NCBI GenBank assembly: GCA_034520965.1
Contig: JAXHMY010000003.1
Span: 96,001 to 160,000, forward strand
Length of the DNA: 64,000 bases
Direction: 5' to 3'
Source of the DNA: Spirochaetia bacterium
GTDB taxonomy: Bacteria > Spirochaetota > Spirochaetia > DSM-16054 > Sediminispirochaetaceae
A program made the position numbers and the translations under genes. The notes below the pieces were generated by a model, which did no database searches, was not told the origin of the DNA, and saw only the letters and a list, made by a program, of their open reading frames with translations. This document shows positions 60,761 through 64,000 of the stretch, one piece after another; within the stretch, counting starts at the first letter, position 1, and every line of letters starts with the position of its first letter.

Positions 60761-62422
60761 ATGTCTATGACCATTGCAATCGCCTCAGGCAAAGGAGGCG
60801 TTGGAAAAACCACCACCGCCACCAACTTAGCACTGTATGCCGCTCGCAAACAGCAGAAAGTTGCTCTGATTGACCTTGATCCCCTGTCCGACATTGCCGA
60901 AGTACTCTCAATAGCTCACAGCCAACTGGACACATTGCCTAGCACCGTGTCTATCGACCACCCCTATTCAGATTTCAGCATCAGGGTTTTTGATAATTTG
61001 GATCTCCTTTTTCCCGCCTCAAAATTGGGCAAAGCAGCCGTAGAGCAGCTGTATACCGCGCTGAAGGAGAGCTATTTAGATCAAATTAAGGCGGAATATG
61101 ATTTAATTGTAATGGACTTACCTGCGGGTGCCGATGAATCTGAAAATCTACAGTATCTTAGTTTAGCAGATAAAGTGGTGATTGTAACGAATCCTCAGCC
61201 CTCATCACATATAGCGGCGGTCACCTATTTACGCTATGCCCGCGAATACACAAACGGGAACAAGTTCTTTTTGTGGCACAACCGTTACCGCGCGTTCAAC
61301 GCCTCGCAGTTTAATTCAACTGATATCATCGGCAATTATAATCGTAATATGCCGGAAGAAGAGCGCGTGGATGCCGCCACATTCCAGCTCACCCACTGTG
61401 CCTATATTCCTGAAGATCCAAGCCTCGACCTTCTGCAGGGAGAACCGGCAGTCATCCTCCAGCTTGTCCGCAATTTGCAGTCCAACATTGAAGCTGTGTA
61501 TGATTTACTTCTGCAAAGCATCCCGTTAGACCTTCACATTTCTCCTTATATTACGCAGCTGCTGCACTCTTTTATCCGAAGTTTGCCTTCTGATTTTTCT
61601 GCCGATACAGCTTTAGTGGAGTTTGGTAAAAGTTTGCATTCCATGGCTCACGAACAATTTTCACCTGCAGGCAGGGGAACTCCGGATATTCCGGAAAACT
61701 CTCAATTATTTACTCCTGAACAGAAGAAGAGATTAAAAGAGTATCTCTCAGCCTGTCAGGCAAACCGAACCCGGCGTCAGATTATAAAAACCCTCACGCT
61801 GTTGGAGAGCAAGGAAGCAGTGGAAGAGAACCGCATGAGCTCTTTTTCACATCAGCAGGCAGCAGCCCAGGACCCCGGTCATGCACTTGACCGTGAAATA
61901 AGCGCTCTGTTGATGTTCCTGGAAGAGGAAGTACAGAACTACCGGGCCTTAAAAAATATGTCGGCCCTGCTTCTCTTCTACTTCTCCCTCTACAAGCTGT
62001 TTCAGTCGGACAAAATAATTACTACCCTCACCCGCTTCGTGCCCAGAACAAAAGACCCCCAGGGACGAATGGTCCGGGACCGTCATGCCCAGCTTTCCAG
62101 CATCATCAATCACTCGGACAGCTACCGTCAGAAGTATCTCTCACTAATAAAACGTCTATTTCCCTTGGTCCTCCGCCAAATTCAGGTTGTTTCATCTACC
62201 TTCGAGCTGCAGCATTTGCTTCTGAAAGCCCCTGACTCCAAAAATAAAGCCGGCCTAGCCCGTGACATCTATGCAAGATTAACCAGCAATTTTGTCCATG
62301 AAGCGGTAAACAGCGGATTAGGGGTATTGGTGAGCTTTCAGCACCGTCCAGCCTCTGCCGCCTTCCAGCGTGCGGCGCACTCACTACTCGATACTGAACC
62401 TGCATCTACTTCTACCGACTGA
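60761..62422 (+). CDS. MinD/ParA/FlhG-family ATPase with large insertion
   Basis: SGKGGVGKTT, IDLD, MDLPAG, VTNP, IPED; 553 aa. Confidence 0.85.
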   Translation: MSMTIAIASGKGGVGKTTTATNLALYAARKQQKVALIDLDPLSDIAEVLSIAHSQLDTLPSTVSIDHPYSDFSIRVFDNLDLLFPASKLGKAAVEQLYTALKESYLDQIKAEYDLIVMDLPAGADESENLQYLSLADKVVIVTNPQPSSHIAAVTYLRYAREYTNGNKFFLWHNRYRAFNASQFNSTDIIGNYNRNMPEEERVDAATFQLTHCAYIPEDPSLDLLQGEPAVILQLVRNLQSNIEAVYDLLLQSIPLDLHISPYITQLLHSFIRSLPSDFSADTALVEFGKSLHSMAHEQFSPAGRGTPDIPENSQLFTPEQKKRLKEYLSACQANRTRRQIIKTLTLLESKEAVEENRMSSFSHQQAAAQDPGHALDREISALLMFLEEEVQNYRALKNMSALLLFYFSLYKLFQSDKIITTLTRFVPRTKDPQGRMVRDRHAQLSSIINHSDSYRQKYLSLIKRLFPLVLRQIQVVSSTFELQHLLLKAPDSKNKAGLARDIYARLTSNFVHEAVNSGLGVLVSFQHRPASAAFQRAAHSLLDTEPASTSTD

Positions 62423-62437
62423 CACTTCTTGGGCTAT

Positions 62438-63808
62438 TTATTGGGATTCAGCGATTCTCTCGGATTTTTCCATCAATATTTCCAGCATTGTTTTATCGGC
62501 ATCAGCCAAGCCTCTATTCTGCAAATTACGCAGAAAATTCATGCTGTCCGGAAGGTCCACACCCACAATACCGTCACTGTCCGGAATTGTAACCCCATCT
62601 AAGGCTAATAGGGCAGCTTGAACTCCAAAGCGGGCACTGGTAGCCGCCTTGAGTGCACAGCCGTGCTTAGCTCCATCACACAGAATACCTGCAATATTTC
62701 CCAACACAAGTTTTACGGCGGCGGTCATTTGCTCAGGAGTTCCGCCCATAGCAAATACCAATGAAGCGGCAATTGCGGGGGCTGCACTGACAGTCACCCC
62801 ACAGGTTGGGGTAAGTAAACCGGTATACACCTTAATGAATCTAATTAGTAGCAATCCCATGGCCAGGGTCTGCTCCAAGCTTGTCTGCATCTCCTGCTCA
62901 TACTCACGAAATGCAAGGCCGGTACCGAGGAAGAAGGCAATACCGTGGTTGCCGGAACCTCCACAACCCTTAATCGGAACCATCATCCCGCTCATCCGGC
63001 TGTCGGCGGCGGCGGCTACATACTGTTCAACCTTGGTTGCCAGAGAATTTCCAACTACACCTCGCTGTTTCAAGCGTTCAATTCCAGCTCCCAGCCCCAT
63101 GCCCGGAGCATTTTTAAGACCGATTTCTGCGGCCGCCACATTGATATCGACTGCTCCGGTAAGAAAGGCCAGTTTCTCCACCGGAATCGCCTGCACGGCC
63201 TTCACCAGCTCGTCCATCGAAAGCCCTTCCAATTCAGCAGAATCAGCTTCCACTGGGGAACCGGTACTTTCATTTTGCTGCGTATCGCCATTCGGTACCC
63301 GCGGCTGTCCCGGGCTCTGCGCTTTTACACCGCCCTGCGGAAAAACCTGAGACCCGTTTACTTTGATTGAAGTAAGATTATCATGTGCCCCAACAATTTC
63401 AGCCTCTGCAATGCCCTTCTCAGTTTTTACTTTTGTATAAATATAGATTTTTTCGGGTACATCTGCTAATGAGACTAAAATAAAATCGGCTGATGCCAGC
63501 TTGCCGGCTTGCTCCAGATGTTCCATTTTAACCCCTTCAAACAGCCGCAATTGCTTATTCCAATCACCGGCAACCAAGCCTAGGGCTACAGCAAATTGTA
63601 TACCCTTCTTATCAGATCCTGGAATACCGACGGCCATAGCATTCTTAAAGACATTTACACTTATTGATACTTCAACTGAGTCAATTGTTCCTCCAAGGTG
63701 CTGGTAAGCTGCGGTAGCGGCATATGCAATGGCCACAGGTTCAGTACAGCCGATAGTATCAAATACATTGTTACGCACAAATTCAAGCGCTTTTTCTGGA
63801 GTTAACAT
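62438..63808 (-). CDS. L-cysteine desulfidase CyuA/YhaM-like (serine dehydratase alpha family)
   Basis: GCTEPVAIA, KNAMAVGIPG, DSRMSG, GSGNHG, GILCDGAKHGCALK. Confidence 0.88.
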   Translation of the reverse strand: MLTPEKALEFVRNNVFDTIGCTEPVAIAYAATAAYQHLGGTIDSVEVSISVNVFKNAMAVGIPGSDKKGIQFAVALGLVAGDWNKQLRLFEGVKMEHLEQAGKLASADFILVSLADVPEKIYIYTKVKTEKGIAEAEIVGAHDNLTSIKVNGSQVFPQGGVKAQSPGQPRVPNGDTQQNESTGSPVEADSAELEGLSMDELVKAVQAIPVEKLAFLTGAVDINVAAAEIGLKNAPGMGLGAGIERLKQRGVVGNSLATKVEQYVAAAADSRMSGMMVPIKGCGGSGNHGIAFFLGTGLAFREYEQEMQTSLEQTLAMGLLLIRFIKVYTGLLTPTCGVTVSAAPAIAASLVFAMGGTPEQMTAAVKLVLGNIAGILCDGAKHGCALKAATSARFGVQAALLALDGVTIPDSDGIVGVDLPDSMNFLRNLQNRGLADADKTMLEILMEKSERIAESQ

Positions 63809-64000
63809 CTTCTTTTAATCCCTTCCTCATGTTATAAGTAGTAAATTGTTGCAGCAATGGTAACATAGAAAACTAGAGCGAGATACCCTCCTTCTAAAAT
63901 TACTTGTCAACACCGCAGAGGTCTGATAGTATAAAATTATGTTAAATAACTTTTTCTATCGATAAATTGAAAATGAAAGGAACTTATAAATTGAATAGTA

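Noticed and set aside
62649..63350. Long antisense ORFs (233 aa here; also 53545..54096, 55638..56153, 29205..29744)
   Set aside because: Shadow ORFs opposite well-supported genes, no recognisable motifs

Overview
Chromosomal window from a motile spirochete (Spirochaetia-like). This is inferred from two FlaB core flagellins with the MIINHNMSA start, spirochete-type FliD/FlgK/FlgL, and a FliW-CsrA pair. Contents in order: apbE, tRNA-Gly, Na/Pi symporter, MscS; a badly frameshifted 4-12 kb block (two-component system, PRTase, M29 aminopeptidase, PilZ protein, U32 protein); a flagellar filament/junction cluster with c-di-GMP genes and tsaE/tsaB; trxB, nagZ, glgA, an MrfAB-like helicase/exonuclease pair; nucleoside-salvage genes, mutY, trpS; a near-complete FASII cluster (accADCB divergent from fabH-fabDGFZV); XRE-cupin regulator, trmJ, a class III cyclase, an elongated MinD-like ATPase and a cysteine-desulfidase-like gene. 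No CRISPR array, prophage or transposase was seen. Most notable non-obvious signals: (1) two copies of a dumbbell-shaped MITE-like element with terminal inverted repeats, target-site duplications and a compensatory stem change; (2) a shared palindromic operator over the -35 boxes of the acc and fabD operons; (3) a MinD-like ATPase with a ~285-aa insertion divergently paired with an atypical nucleotide cyclase; (4) a small, strongly promoted basic Zn-ribbon protein that may be ribosomal; (5) a MutY lacking the Fe-S cysteines; (6) many apparently leaderless genes. All calls come from motif recognition by eye; no searches were run.
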